Shown here: positions 51,286 through 61,334 of the stretch, one piece after another
How the letters are laid out: every line of letters starts with the position of its first letter
How positions within the stretch are numbered: position 1 is the stretch's first letter
From: an uncultured cyanobacterium
GTDB lineage: Bacteria > Cyanobacteriota > Cyanobacteriia > PCC-9006 > JAAUQQ01
Length of the DNA stretch: 64,000 bases
Direction: 5' to 3'
NCBI GenBank assembly: GCA_963718615.1
Contig: OY970368.1
Span: 672,001-736,000 of the forward strand
Notes under the pieces: generated by a model
The model's database searches: none
Told to the model about the DNA's origin: nothing
Seen by the model: only the letters and a program-made list of their open reading frames with translations
Made by a program: the position numbers and the translations under genes

Positions 51286-52596
51286 CTAAGTCCACTCTTT
51301 TAAAGCAAATGCTACTCCTGCAAACCATTGCTCCGATGCTTGTTCACCCGGCTCTTGCGATGCTTGAAGCGCTTGAAGACGCTCTTTTCCGCTGTAGATA
51401 TCTAGACGCTTGAGAGCAGTTAGGACATGCCATCGTACCCCTACATGGGGAATAGCAAGATATGTGACCAAAGGATCAAAGGCGATCGCCTGGGAAAGTT
51501 GACCGAGACTGTGGGCGATCGCCTGCTGAAGCTGTATGGTCCCCTGCTGCTGAACGGGGATTAAAACCGCCAGCAAAATCTCTGTCGCTTGTACCTTTAG
51601 GGACGGAGAGGGAGGGGCAGCATCTTCCACTCGACCCAAAACTTGAATGATTTCTAAGGCAAGTCGTGCTGCTCCAGGATCGGTTTTGAGGTGACCCACC
51701 CGTCTCACAAGCTGCCGTTGCAAGATTTGCAATCCTAGGCCTGAATGGCTCCAGCCCAAGGCACGGATAACCTGGACGAACAGCCGTTCTGGGACAGGGA
51801 AAGCCCCGTGAGGCGGACGAGCAGCGGGGTCCGCTCTGCACAAAAGTTGCTCTAGAGGCATCAGGGCTGCAGCGGTACCCAGACGACCCAGAACCATGGC
51901 CGCTTGTTCCGCAATCTCCAGATTGCCGTCGCCCAAATGCTCCTCCAAAACAGGGATTAACTCTAGGCTTTGAGTCTGAGGATCCAGTGCGGCTAAGCGT
52001 GAACCCAGTCCTCGCAATGCGGCTAGCCTGACAGGCGATTCGTCATCCTGGAGCGACTGGATCAAGATCGAATCAATGGGGCGATCGCGAAATCCGCTCA
52101 AGGCTTCTACCGCCGCTGCCCGCACTGAGGGATTGGGGTCTTGGGCCACCTCCAGCAACAGCGCCATTGCCTCCGGTAAATACAATTGCGCGAGGGCCTG
52201 TACCGCTAATAGTCGCGTTTCTGATGCGTTAAGCAAGGCTTGCAAGGGGGGAATCGCTAGGCGATCGCTTTCAATCAACGCCATTGCCGCCACAGAAGCC
52301 AACTCGGGTTGCTCCGCTTGAGACACTAAATCGGCGAGGATGGCGATCGCTCTAGGGTGTTTGAGTTCTCCAAGTATCCGCGCAATAAACCAACATAATT
52401 CTGCATCCTCTGCCTCTGTCTCCAGCAACATCACCAGCTTCGGTAAAATTTCAACCCCATACCCGATGAGTTGCTTGGCAACGTCCCATCGCACCTGGAA
52501 ATCCCCTTGCAATAATTTCTCAATGAGCCTTGCGACCTGGGGCTCATCCCGAATCGGTGGCTGAAAAGATAAGGAAACAGAAGATAGATCAGTCAT
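51286..52596 (-). CDS. nirB: HEAT-repeat protein, NirB-like
   Basis: PBS-lyase-type HEAT repeats; divergent from nirA (cyanobacterial nirB context). Confidence 0.7.
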   Translation of the reverse strand: MTDLSSVSLSFQPPIRDEPQVARLIEKLLQGDFQVRWDVAKQLIGYGVEILPKLVMLLETEAEDAELCWFIARILGELKHPRAIAILADLVSQAEQPELASVAAMALIESDRLAIPPLQALLNASETRLLAVQALAQLYLPEAMALLLEVAQDPNPSVRAAAVEALSGFRDRPIDSILIQSLQDDESPVRLAALRGLGSRLAALDPQTQSLELIPVLEEHLGDGNLEIAEQAAMVLGRLGTAAALMPLEQLLCRADPAARPPHGAFPVPERLFVQVIRALGWSHSGLGLQILQRQLVRRVGHLKTDPGAARLALEIIQVLGRVEDAAPPSPSLKVQATEILLAVLIPVQQQGTIQLQQAIAHSLGQLSQAIAFDPLVTYLAIPHVGVRWHVLTALKRLDIYSGKERLQALQASQEPGEQASEQWFAGVAFALKEWT

Positions 52597-52768
52597 GAAA
52601 ACACCTTAATCAGGGTCTCGAATACCCGGTCAAACTACCCAATACTGTTATTAACGGGCCATCCCCAGAGCATTGTTGCAGCCCAGACTGGTTATAAAAG
52701 TCTCAAAAGCAGATCAAGACAAAAAACGCATTGCCATCATGCACATTACTCAATCCAGACAGATTTCT

Positions 52769-52810
52769 GTAGCATCAGCTACCAAGAATTTCGAGGGAGT
52801 TTTCTACATT
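52769..52810 (+). promoter_or_regulatory. NtcA-activated promoter of nirA
   Basis: GTAGCATCAGCTAC (GTA-N8-TAC), 22 nt, then TACATT (TAN3T). Confidence 0.88.
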
Positions 52811-52948
52811 TTCTCTAGCTCTAAAAAACTAATTCAAGTGAAGTAAGGACAAAAAGAACCTTTGCGCCACGACAAAATGGTCTTTGTGCAACGTTCTTCA
52901 AGAGCTTTGCCTCTTGCCTCGCGCTCAAGCTGTTTCAAGGGTAAACCT

Positions 52949-54493
52949 GTGTTGAGTACTGAAAACGTTCCCACCAAACTTAATCGATTTGAGCAATACA
53001 AAGTTGATAAGGATGGTCTAGAGGTTAAGAACGATCTCGATCGCTTTGCTCAAATGGGCTGGGAAGCTATTGATGATGACGATCGCAATCGTTTGAAATG
53101 GCTAGGCGTTTTCTTTCGCCCAGTGACTCCTGGCAAATTTATGCTGCGGTTGCGATTACCCAATGGCGTTTTAAATGCAACTCAAGTTCGGACCTTAGCG
53201 GAAATTGTCCAACGCTACGGCGAAGAGGGCAGTGCCGATATTACAACCCGACAAAATCTACAGCTTCGCGGCATTCAAATTGGCGATATTCCTGACATTT
53301 TTAGACGGATGCAGGCCACCGGCCTGACGTCGATTCAATCAGGCATGGATAACGTGCGTAATATCACAGGATCGCCCGTGGCTGGCATTGATGCAGATGA
53401 GCTCTTTGATACACGAGCACTCATTCAGCAAGTTCAAGACATGATTACAGCCAGTGGAGAGGGCAACCGAGCCTTTAGCAATTTACCCCGAAAATTCAAT
53501 ATTGCAATTGAAGGCGGACGGGACAATTCCATCCACGCCGAAATCAATGATATTGCCTTTATTCCAGCATTCAAAACGGTTTTAAAGGGTCAACAATTTG
53601 GCTTCAATGTATTGGTCGGAGGTTTCTTTTCCGCTACTCGCGTGGCCGCTGCACTTCCCCTCAATGCCTGGGTCTTACCCGATGACGTAACGGAGCTATG
53701 CCGCGTTATTCTCGAACTTTTTCGAGACCATGGATCTCGGGCCAATCGGCAGAGAGCTCGCTTGATGTGGCTCATTGATGAATGGGGCATGGATCGCTTT
53801 CGAGCTGAAATTGAAACCCAGCTGGGGCATCCCCTACAAACCGCTGCTTCGAAGGATGAAATGGACTGGGACAAGCGCGATCATTTAGGGATTTATAAGC
53901 AAAAGCAAGCGGGGCTGAATTATGTCGGTCTACTGGTCCCGGTGGGTCGGTTGTCTGCGGAGGATTTGTTTGAGCTGTCGCGGTTAGCAGAGGTCTATGG
54001 CGATAGTGATGTGCGTCTCACGGTGGAACAGAACGTTATTTTAGCGGGGATTCCTGACTCACGTTTGGATGCATTGTGCCAAGAACCGCTGCTGCAAAAG
54101 TTCACGGTAAAGCCGACACCGCTGATGCGATCGCTCGTCTCCTGCACCGGTGCTCAATTCTGCAAGTTTGCCTTGGTCGAGACCAAGCAGCGAGCCTTGG
54201 CGATCGCCCGCGAAGTCGAAGCTGAACTGGAGATTCCCCAATCCGTGCGAATGCATTGGACCGGCTGTCCCAATTCCTGTGGTCAACCCCAGGTGGCGGA
54301 TATTGGATTGATGGGCGCTAAAACCCGCAAGGACGGCAAAACTGTCGAAGCCGTTGATATTTTTCTGGGGGGCCAAGTCGGCAAAGAAGCCAAGCTTGGA
54401 GCCAAGGTCATGAAAGGAATTCCCTGTGAGGATCTTAAGCCAGTGCTGCGGCAACTCCTCATTGAACAGTTTGGAGCGAGTCTCAAATGCTAG
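52949..54493 (+). CDS. nirA: Ferredoxin-nitrite reductase (start approximate)
   Basis: TTRQNLQ, NLPRKFN, CTGAQFC..GCPNSC siroheme/4Fe-4S motifs. Confidence 0.96.
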   Translation: MLSTENVPTKLNRFEQYKVDKDGLEVKNDLDRFAQMGWEAIDDDDRNRLKWLGVFFRPVTPGKFMLRLRLPNGVLNATQVRTLAEIVQRYGEEGSADITTRQNLQLRGIQIGDIPDIFRRMQATGLTSIQSGMDNVRNITGSPVAGIDADELFDTRALIQQVQDMITASGEGNRAFSNLPRKFNIAIEGGRDNSIHAEINDIAFIPAFKTVLKGQQFGFNVLVGGFFSATRVAAALPLNAWVLPDDVTELCRVILELFRDHGSRANRQRARLMWLIDEWGMDRFRAEIETQLGHPLQTAASKDEMDWDKRDHLGIYKQKQAGLNYVGLLVPVGRLSAEDLFELSRLAEVYGDSDVRLTVEQNVILAGIPDSRLDALCQEPLLQKFTVKPTPLMRSLVSCTGAQFCKFALVETKQRALAIAREVEAELEIPQSVRMHWTGCPNSCGQPQVADIGLMGAKTRKDGKTVEAVDIFLGGQVGKEAKLGAKVMKGIPCEDLKPVLRQLLIEQFGASLKC

Positions 54494-54681
54494 CGGGCGA
54501 AGTCACCGATGATGGCTCACCGGATGCCTTGCATGACGAAGAAAAGCTGCAGGGCTATGGGCTACCAGGATTTGCTCATCCCAAGTTATCTCAAGGGCAA
54601 CGTAGTGCTTGATCTTGTTTGATTGGGGGGACGCTAGGGAACTCTAGAAACGTCTCCTGAATTTGCCTTCAGCGTCTACCC

Positions 54682-55362
54682 TTGAAATCGGCGTCCGCCG
54701 CATCTACACCCGTGAGCCAGAAAATTAAAGTTCTCGTCATTGACGATAGCACTAGCACACGTGCCTATCTTCGGCAAATGCTGCCCGACTCAGCGGAAAT
54801 CGTCGAGGCAGCCAATGGGCTAGAGGGCCTCCACAGCATTGAAACCAGTCAGCCCAATTTGGTCCTACTCGACTGCCAAATGCCGAAGATGGATGGGATT
54901 ACGCTCTTGCAGCAAATTCAAGAGCATTCCCAGTTTCGCCACATTCCGGTGGTCCTGATGTCCGCCCGTCCAGATGAAGTGTTGACGGTTTTGAAGGAAA
55001 TTCCACCGGAGATTGAGTTTCTCAGCAAGCCGTTTACCTCCGTGCAGTTGCTGAAGGCAAGTCACCAGGCTATCAAAAAAGCACGACAGCGGCGGGAAGC
55101 AACAACTCGTCAGCGTGACCCAGTCGCAGGCCAACCGGTGAGCCAAACCCAGGGAGAAGCGACCCAGGGGTTTATGCGAGAGTCGTCTTCCCCGAGAAGC
55201 CGAGATTCAGCCCGTCCGGTGGAGTCTTGGCAATATGCGGTGCGTGGCATTCAACAGGAGGTGGTGATGCTGCGGAGGCAAAATGAATCCTTGGAAGAGA
55301 CCGTGAAGGAATTGCGATCGCAGCTCAATCAAGTCATCCGTATCGTTCGGGCGCTCAAGTAA
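54682..55362 (+). CDS. Response regulator (receiver + C-terminal coiled coil)
   Basis: VLVIDD, LLDCQMPKMDG, KPF. Confidence 0.88.
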   Translation: MKSASAASTPVSQKIKVLVIDDSTSTRAYLRQMLPDSAEIVEAANGLEGLHSIETSQPNLVLLDCQMPKMDGITLLQQIQEHSQFRHIPVVLMSARPDEVLTVLKEIPPEIEFLSKPFTSVQLLKASHQAIKKARQRREATTRQRDPVAGQPVSQTQGEATQGFMRESSSPRSRDSARPVESWQYAVRGIQQEVVMLRRQNESLEETVKELRSQLNQVIRIVRALK

Positions 55363-55400
55363 GCATCAGCGACATTGGCTATATTGGTTGTATACAAATA

Positions 55401-55433
55401 AGCGGTTAGACAGCTTCAAGCCATCTAACCGCT
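55401..55433. terminator. Hairpin between convergent genes
   Basis: AGCGGTTAGA..TCTAACCGCT. Confidence 0.55.
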
Positions 55434-55481
55434 AGACCGACTGTCTTGATGCAGTTTCTACAAAAATCCCTCCAGAAGTTC

Positions 55482-56888
55482 TTACAACTGCTTGATTTCC
55501 GCCACCAGTCCAGCCACCGCTTCCTTGGCGCTGCCAAAGTACATCATCGTATTGTCACGATAGAACAACTGGTTATCCACGCCTGCATAGCCCGGACTCA
55601 TCCCCCGCTTGATAACAATCGTGTTTTTTGCCTTTTCGACTTCTAGAATGGGCATACCGTAGATTGGGCTCGCCGGGTCTTCCTTCGCATCGGGGTTGAC
55701 CACGTCGTTGGCACCAATGACCAACGCCACATCAGTGCGCTCAAACTCTGGATTGATATCGTCCATATCGTAGAGCTGGGCGTAGGAAACATTGGCCTCC
55801 GCCAAGAGCACATTCATATGACCCGGCATCCGTCCGGCTACGGGGTGAATGGCGTATTTGACCTCAACCCCTTTCTTTTCCAGTTGGTCGGCCAACTCTC
55901 GCACACTATGCTGGGCTTGGGCAACGGCCATACCGTAGCCAGGGACAATCACGACCGATCGCGCATACCCCAACATCATGGCCCCCGCTTCTGCATCGAT
56001 CTGATGAATCGATTGGTCGCGGCCATCCGATCCGGCTCCACTAGCGCCACCCGCAGGCGCACCGCCAAAGGCCGAGAACAGCACGTTCGGCAAGGAGCGA
56101 TTCATGCCCTTACACATGATTTCCGTCAGAATTAAACCCGACGCCCCCACCAAAGCCCCGGCAACGATGAGCACATTGTTCATCACCACAAAGCCCGCCG
56201 CACTCGCCGCCAAACCGGAGAGCGAGTTGAGGAGTGAAATCACCACGGGCATATCGCCTCCGCCAATGGGTAACACCAGGAAAAGGCCCAAGACCAGCGA
56301 AATTCCGGTGATACTCAAAAACGCCAGGGTATTCATGGGATCCACGAGCAAATAGCCCGACCCCACTAAGAACCCAGCAAACAAGGTCGCGTTAATAATG
56401 TGTTGTCCCGGCAACGAGACCGGCTTGCCTGTAATCAAGCCCTGCAACTTAGCAAAGGCCACCAAACTGCCTGTAAACGTCACGCCACCAATCAGACTGC
56501 CCAGAATTGCTGTGACCGTGGCATTGATCGGCACATGACCGTCTGCAAAGAGGCGATAAAACTCGGCGACCGCCACTAGGGCAGAGGCTGCCCCGCCCAA
56601 GCCATTGAGCAGACCCACCATTTGGGGCATCGCGGTCATGGCTACTTTTTGGGCCGCCACAATGCCAATGATTGTACCGAGGGCGATCGCCCCCCCAATC
56701 ATGCCGTAGTTCACCACCTGCAAATCTAGCAAGGTTGCAATCACGGCTATCAGCATCCCCGCCGCCGCCAAACCATTTCCTTGGCGAGCCGTCGCCGGAG
56801 AGCCAAGTTTCTTGAGCCCTAGAAAGAAGAGGGCCGTCGCGACGATATAGCTCAGTTGAATCCCCGTCGGGATAAAAGTCATGTCCAT
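55482..56888 (-). CDS. pntB: NAD(P) transhydrogenase beta subunit
   Basis: PGYGMAVAQAQH, HPVAGRMPGHMNVLLAEA, GANDVVNP. Confidence 0.97.
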   Translation of the reverse strand: MDMTFIPTGIQLSYIVATALFFLGLKKLGSPATARQGNGLAAAGMLIAVIATLLDLQVVNYGMIGGAIALGTIIGIVAAQKVAMTAMPQMVGLLNGLGGAASALVAVAEFYRLFADGHVPINATVTAILGSLIGGVTFTGSLVAFAKLQGLITGKPVSLPGQHIINATLFAGFLVGSGYLLVDPMNTLAFLSITGISLVLGLFLVLPIGGGDMPVVISLLNSLSGLAASAAGFVVMNNVLIVAGALVGASGLILTEIMCKGMNRSLPNVLFSAFGGAPAGGASGAGSDGRDQSIHQIDAEAGAMMLGYARSVVIVPGYGMAVAQAQHSVRELADQLEKKGVEVKYAIHPVAGRMPGHMNVLLAEANVSYAQLYDMDDINPEFERTDVALVIGANDVVNPDAKEDPASPIYGMPILEVEKAKNTIVIKRGMSPGYAGVDNQLFYRDNTMMYFGSAKEAVAGLVAEIKQL

Positions 56889-56897
56889 CGAGAGTCC

Positions 56898-57176
56898 CTA
56901 TTTCTTAAACATTTGCAGCATGCGATCGGTCACCAAAAAGCCACCCACCACGTTGACCGTGGCCAAGACGATGGCAATGAGTCCCAGCACCACCGTCAAA
57001 TTCAAATGGTCTGGTCCAGCCACAACGATCGCCCCAATCACCGCGATCCCCGAAATTGCATTGGCCCCCGACATCAGGGGCGTATGGAGCGTCGGTGGCA
57101 CCTTCGTAATTACTTCTAATCCTGCAAACGACGCCAGCACAAAGACAAACAGCGCCGAAATCAACGTTTCAGACAT
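56898..57176 (-). CDS. pntA: NAD(P) transhydrogenase alpha subunit, membrane part
   Basis: LHTPLMSGANAISG..GGFLVTDRMLQMF. Confidence 0.95.
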   Translation of the reverse strand: MSETLISALFVFVLASFAGLEVITKVPPTLHTPLMSGANAISGIAVIGAIVVAGPDHLNLTVVLGLIAIVLATVNVVGGFLVTDRMLQMFKK

Positions 57177-57261
57177 GAATTCACCATTCCTTCAACAGAA
57201 CCGATTACGTCTCCGGTCGGGGCGCGCCGTCTGCGCCCTGGGTGGGGAAAGCTCCATCCCC

Positions 57262-58416
57262 CTAGACCGTCGCACCCTCCAACAGCGATTTCACTCGACT
57301 ATTGCAAATTTCACCTCCATGGGTGACACAGGCTCCGCTGATAATTTCGTCTTCAAAGTTCAGCGTTAGTTCATCCGCCGGAACCAAGAGTTTTAGCAAA
57401 GCCGAAATATTTCGTGTATAAAGCTGGCTCGCATCCGCCGCCACGGTCGAGGGCAAATTTAACGGCCCCATAATCGTGACGCCATCGTGAACCACCGTGC
57501 CGCCAGGTTCGCTATAGGCACAGTTGCCCCCCTGATCCGCCGCCATATCGACGATCACCGCACCGGGGTGCATGCCGCCAATCATCTCCTCTGTGACGAT
57601 CCGAGGTGCTTTTTTGCCGGGAACTTGGGCCGTCGTGATTACCACATCGGAGCGCTGGACATGATCCGTCAAAACCTGCTGGGTGTGGGCCTGGGCCGCT
57701 TGGGAAAGCTCCTTGGCATAACCCCCTTCCCCTCGGGTCTCTTCCTCAAACGTAATATCAATGAACTGAGCGCCTAAACTTTGGACCTGCTCCTTCACCT
57801 CTGGGCGGACATCAAAGGCTTCAACCACGGCTCCCAGACGACGGGCGGTGGCGATCGCCTGCAAACCCGCCACCCCCGCACCAATCACCAGCACCTTGGC
57901 TGGAGCCACCGTCCCAGCGGCAGTCGTGAGCATGGGGAAATACTTGGGCAGTTGGGTCGCCGCCAACAGCACCGCCTTATAGCCGGCAATACTGGCCTGG
58001 GACGAAAGGGCATCCATACTTTGGGCGCGGCTGATGCGCGGCACCAGCTCCATGCTAAAGGCCGTGATCCCCTGCTGCGCCATGCGCTGCACTAGCTCCG
58101 GTGAACCTAAGGGATTCAAAAAGCTAATCAGGACCGCGTGGGACGAAAGCTGCTGTAGCCGCTCTGGCTGCTCGGCCAAAAGCCGCGAGGCCGAGACAGC
58201 CAATAGCACATCCACCTCGGACCAGAGGGCATCTGCCGGAACCAAACGAGCACCGGCAGCCTCATATTCCGTATCGGGATGGGATGCGCCTAAACCGGCC
58301 CCCGGTTCGACCCACACCTCCAAGCCCTGCTTGACCATCCGGCGAACGCCGTCCGGCACCAGCGCAACGCGCTGTTCTCCCTCAATTTCCTTGGGGACGC
58401 CTAACTTCAACGTCAT
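57262..58416 (-). CDS. pntA: NAD(P) transhydrogenase alpha subunit, NAD-binding part
   Basis: RAQSMDALSSQ, GAGVAG, GEGGYAK. Confidence 0.95.
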   Translation of the reverse strand: MTLKLGVPKEIEGEQRVALVPDGVRRMVKQGLEVWVEPGAGLGASHPDTEYEAAGARLVPADALWSEVDVLLAVSASRLLAEQPERLQQLSSHAVLISFLNPLGSPELVQRMAQQGITAFSMELVPRISRAQSMDALSSQASIAGYKAVLLAATQLPKYFPMLTTAAGTVAPAKVLVIGAGVAGLQAIATARRLGAVVEAFDVRPEVKEQVQSLGAQFIDITFEEETRGEGGYAKELSQAAQAHTQQVLTDHVQRSDVVITTAQVPGKKAPRIVTEEMIGGMHPGAVIVDMAADQGGNCAYSEPGGTVVHDGVTIMGPLNLPSTVAADASQLYTRNISALLKLLVPADELTLNFEDEIISGACVTHGGEICNSRVKSLLEGATV

Positions 58417-58777
58417 GAAAATACCCCACAAAGCGCAGAATGATCTCGCTGCTCCAGCACACCTAAAACCGCAGCGATACCTTCGGATCCTAGGCTGATC
58501 CCCTGGGGAGGGAAAACATCGTTACGTTCCTTGAACATTCTCAAGGAACAGAAATATAAATTTAACCGGATGTTAGCAGCGGCGTGCCTTTGTTTATCTT
58601 TGGTAATCTTCTGGGCGATCGCTGGGCGATCGCGGCTAGAGGTGGGAAGGCGATCCCATTTCTCGATGCCCTCTCCGCATTTCCAGCAGTAAAACGATAA
58701 ATGTCACGGTTAATTCTAGCAATCTCTCGGCAACATTTTCTTACAAGAAGCCGTCATAATTAAACAGATGTGCCTTA

Positions 58778-59401
58778 TTGACGCAGGAGTTCATGCTGCC
58801 TATGTTGCCTAAATCGTTTGTCAAGCCCGCTTTCTCCGCAATGGCGATCGCCGCCTGCGTCCTAACCGGTGGTCTTGTCACCGAGCAGGGCTTTACCGGA
58901 GGCACCCAGGCCAATGCCCAAGGGTTACCGGGGATCACCTTTCGCTGGAACAACCGCGAAGGCTTCCATGAACTGTCCCATGTGATCGAACTGAGTAATT
59001 CGCCGAATAACTATGGTCGCTATCGGTTGCAGCTCAAGGCCAGCGACATGAAGCTTGCAGCCTCCCAGTTTACGGTCAATATTCCCGATCACTTTGACGG
59101 CAAATTTGACGAGAAAGAAATCGAGCTGCGCGTTTGCTCTACCCCTGGCAACTTCCTGCGCCGCGCAAAATGCGAAGCTGTTCCCGTGGATGATGTTCGG
59201 GTTGATATGGAGGCTCGGCAAATTGCCATCTATCCCGCCCAGCCCATCCCCGCCAAGACGAATGTAGAGCTCGTGTTTAGCAATGTGAAAAATCCTCGCA
59301 GTCCAGGGATGTACCAATTTAACGGGCTCGTGGAAGTGCCCGGTGATGTTCCCCTACTGCGTCCGCTGGGAGCCTGGATCTTGACCTTCGATCGCGGCTA
59401 A
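58778..59401 (+). CDS. Secreted DUF2808-like protein (start may be 58793/58802)
   Basis: Signal-like N-terminus; NVKNPRSPGMYQFN..GAW. Confidence 0.7.
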   Translation: MTQEFMLPMLPKSFVKPAFSAMAIAACVLTGGLVTEQGFTGGTQANAQGLPGITFRWNNREGFHELSHVIELSNSPNNYGRYRLQLKASDMKLAASQFTVNIPDHFDGKFDEKEIELRVCSTPGNFLRRAKCEAVPVDDVRVDMEARQIAIYPAQPIPAKTNVELVFSNVKNPRSPGMYQFNGLVEVPGDVPLLRPLGAWILTFDRG

Positions 59402-59482
59402 GGGACGGAAGACTGAGTCTAACCAGAATCAGTTACAGGGTCGGCATTCCCGGCCCTGCAAAGCACCCCAAAAACTAGAACA

Positions 59483-60382
59483 TCACCCCATCACCTCATA
59501 AGACGTCACCACCACTTCCGTAATCTTGCCTCGACGCCCCCCCTTCGAATTAATTACCCGTCCAGCAGTAATTGTATGGATTGGAAAGTCTCGATACAAC
59601 TCCCGAATAAAGGGACAGTCTGAATTGGAGAGCATCACTTTAACCCCGTTCTGAGCCAATACGCCAAAGACCTCGCGCAACTGCCGCTGTTCCGCCTCAC
59701 CAAAGGCTGCGCGACTATAGGCCGTAAAACTGCTGGTGGGGCTTAGGGGAAAATAAGGGGGATCAAAATAGACAAAATCGGTTGGACCTTGGGCTTGGTC
59801 GAGAATCGCCGTAAAGCCCTGCCGTTGTAGCTGAGTGCCTTGTAACGCGACTGAGGCCGTTCGCAATCGCTCCGGATCATAAATGGCCGGTTTTTTATAT
59901 TGACCCATGGGCACGTTGAACTGTCCCTGGCGATTTTCGCGGTAGAGCCCGTTGTAACAGGTTTTGTTGAGATAGATAAAGCGGGCTGCATGGTCGAGAC
60001 CCGAGAGATCGTGTTGCGATCGCACCTGATAATAATACTCCCGGCAATGCAGACGCTGATGTATTTGCAAGCGTTCCAACAGGGCATCCCCCTGGTCTCG
60101 CACGCAGCGATAGACATTCACTAAGGCCGGATTGATATCTGATAGATACGCACCTTGTTCCCCCGGACCCATCAGCCCCTGGGGTTGCAGATGAAAGAAA
60201 ACGGCCCCTCCCCCCAAAAACGGCTCGTGATAGCGCTGCCAATCCTGGGGGAAAAGCGCTGCGTACTGGTCCAGCAAGCGACCTTTTCCCCCCGCCCATT
60301 TAATAAAGGGACGCGGTTCAACAACGGACACAGATGGGGATAAATTGAGCGGAACAGCCATCACGAACGATCGACCAATCAA
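59483..60382 (-). CDS. dam: Orphan DNA adenine methyltransferase (Dam/D12 class)
   Basis: KWAGGK, EPFLGGG, DPPY, SNSD. Confidence 0.88.
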   Translation of the reverse strand: MIGRSFVMAVPLNLSPSVSVVEPRPFIKWAGGKGRLLDQYAALFPQDWQRYHEPFLGGGAVFFHLQPQGLMGPGEQGAYLSDINPALVNVYRCVRDQGDALLERLQIHQRLHCREYYYQVRSQHDLSGLDHAARFIYLNKTCYNGLYRENRQGQFNVPMGQYKKPAIYDPERLRTASVALQGTQLQRQGFTAILDQAQGPTDFVYFDPPYFPLSPTSSFTAYSRAAFGEAEQRQLREVFGVLAQNGVKVMLSNSDCPFIRELYRDFPIHTITAGRVINSKGGRRGKITEVVVTSYEVMG

Positions 60383-60643
60383 TCAATAAATGAATCAAAA
60401 TCGCAAACTCGTCACCTATCGTCTCACCCATTCTTTAGGGGCCAGAACAGGCGATCTATTAATCCTCTGCAATTAGCCTAGCCCATTGGGTCGCGAAAAG
60501 CTGCAAGCAGAGCTGCAAAGTTTACAAGACTGTCTAGCGTCCTGCACAAGCGTTCAGGGGTGAGGATTCAGATAAAATCCTGCAATTCGCAGCGGGGCTG
60601 ATCAAAGGCGCTAGAATTGTTGGGGTTACTCCCCAAAACAGTC

Positions 60644-60877
60644 ATGAAGGACTTTTTCGTCAACGTCTCTCGCTACCCTCGGTATTTCATCACCTTCCTC
60701 GCCGGAATTTTTTATTCCATCTACCAGTGGGTCAAGCCGATGATCAAAAGCCGGACCACGGTTGTGGCGCTGGCCGGAATCCTGATGACAGGCTTTTTGT
60801 TCATTACCTTTACACTACGGGCCATGCTGGGCATGACCGATACGGGGTTGACCCCACCTCCCGTTGATTTTTTCTAG
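60644..60877 (+). CDS. DUF751-like membrane protein
   Basis: MKDFFVNVSRYPRYFIT..TLRAMLG; upstream of rbfA. Confidence 0.8.
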   Translation: MKDFFVNVSRYPRYFITFLAGIFYSIYQWVKPMIKSRTTVVALAGILMTGFLFITFTLRAMLGMTDTGLTPPPVDFF

Positions 60878-60905
60878 GTTGATTTTTCTGGGTTGATTTT
60901 TTTAG
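60863..60905 (+). repeat. 3x tandem 14-15-bp repeat GTTGATTTTT..G
   Basis: gttgattttttctag gttgatttttctgg gttgatttttttag. Confidence 0.85.
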
Positions 60906-60914
60906 GAGGATGCC

Positions 60915-61334
60915 ATGGCTAACAATCGTCGCGTGGAGCGGGTGGCTTCTCTGATTAAACGGGAAGTCAGTCAGATGCTGATGTCAGATATCAAGGACGA
61001 TCGCGTCGGCGCAGGCATGGCCAGCGTCACGGATGTTGAAGTCTCTGGCGATTTACAACATGCCAAAATTTTCGTCAGCATCTACGGGGACGAAGCGGCT
61101 CGGGCCTCGACGATGGCGGGGCTACAGTCGGCAACGGGCTATGTACGTCGAGAAATTGGCAAGCGGGTGCGGCTGCGCCGGACACCGGAGGTAATCTTTG
61201 CGGAAGATCTGGGGATTGAACGCGGTAGCAATGTGCTGAATTTACTCAGCCAACTTTCCTATGCACGGGCAGAGAGAGGCGATGACCCGGACTTAGAAGC
61301 CGAGGACGCTGCCTGGGCGGATGAAGAGGAATAG
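60915..61334 (+). CDS. rbfA: Ribosome-binding factor A
   Basis: [29 protein letters not shown]. Confidence 0.96.
   Translation: MANNRRVERVASLIKREVSQMLMSDIKDDRVGAGMASVTDVEVSGDLQHAKIFVSIYGDEAARASTMAGLQSATGYVRREIGKRVRLRRTPEVIFAEDLGIERGSNVLNLLSQLSYARAERGDDPDLEAEDAAWADEEE

Noticed and set aside
56898-58416. Split pntA as a pseudogene
   Set aside because: A two-part alpha subunit is a normal transhydrogenase architecture
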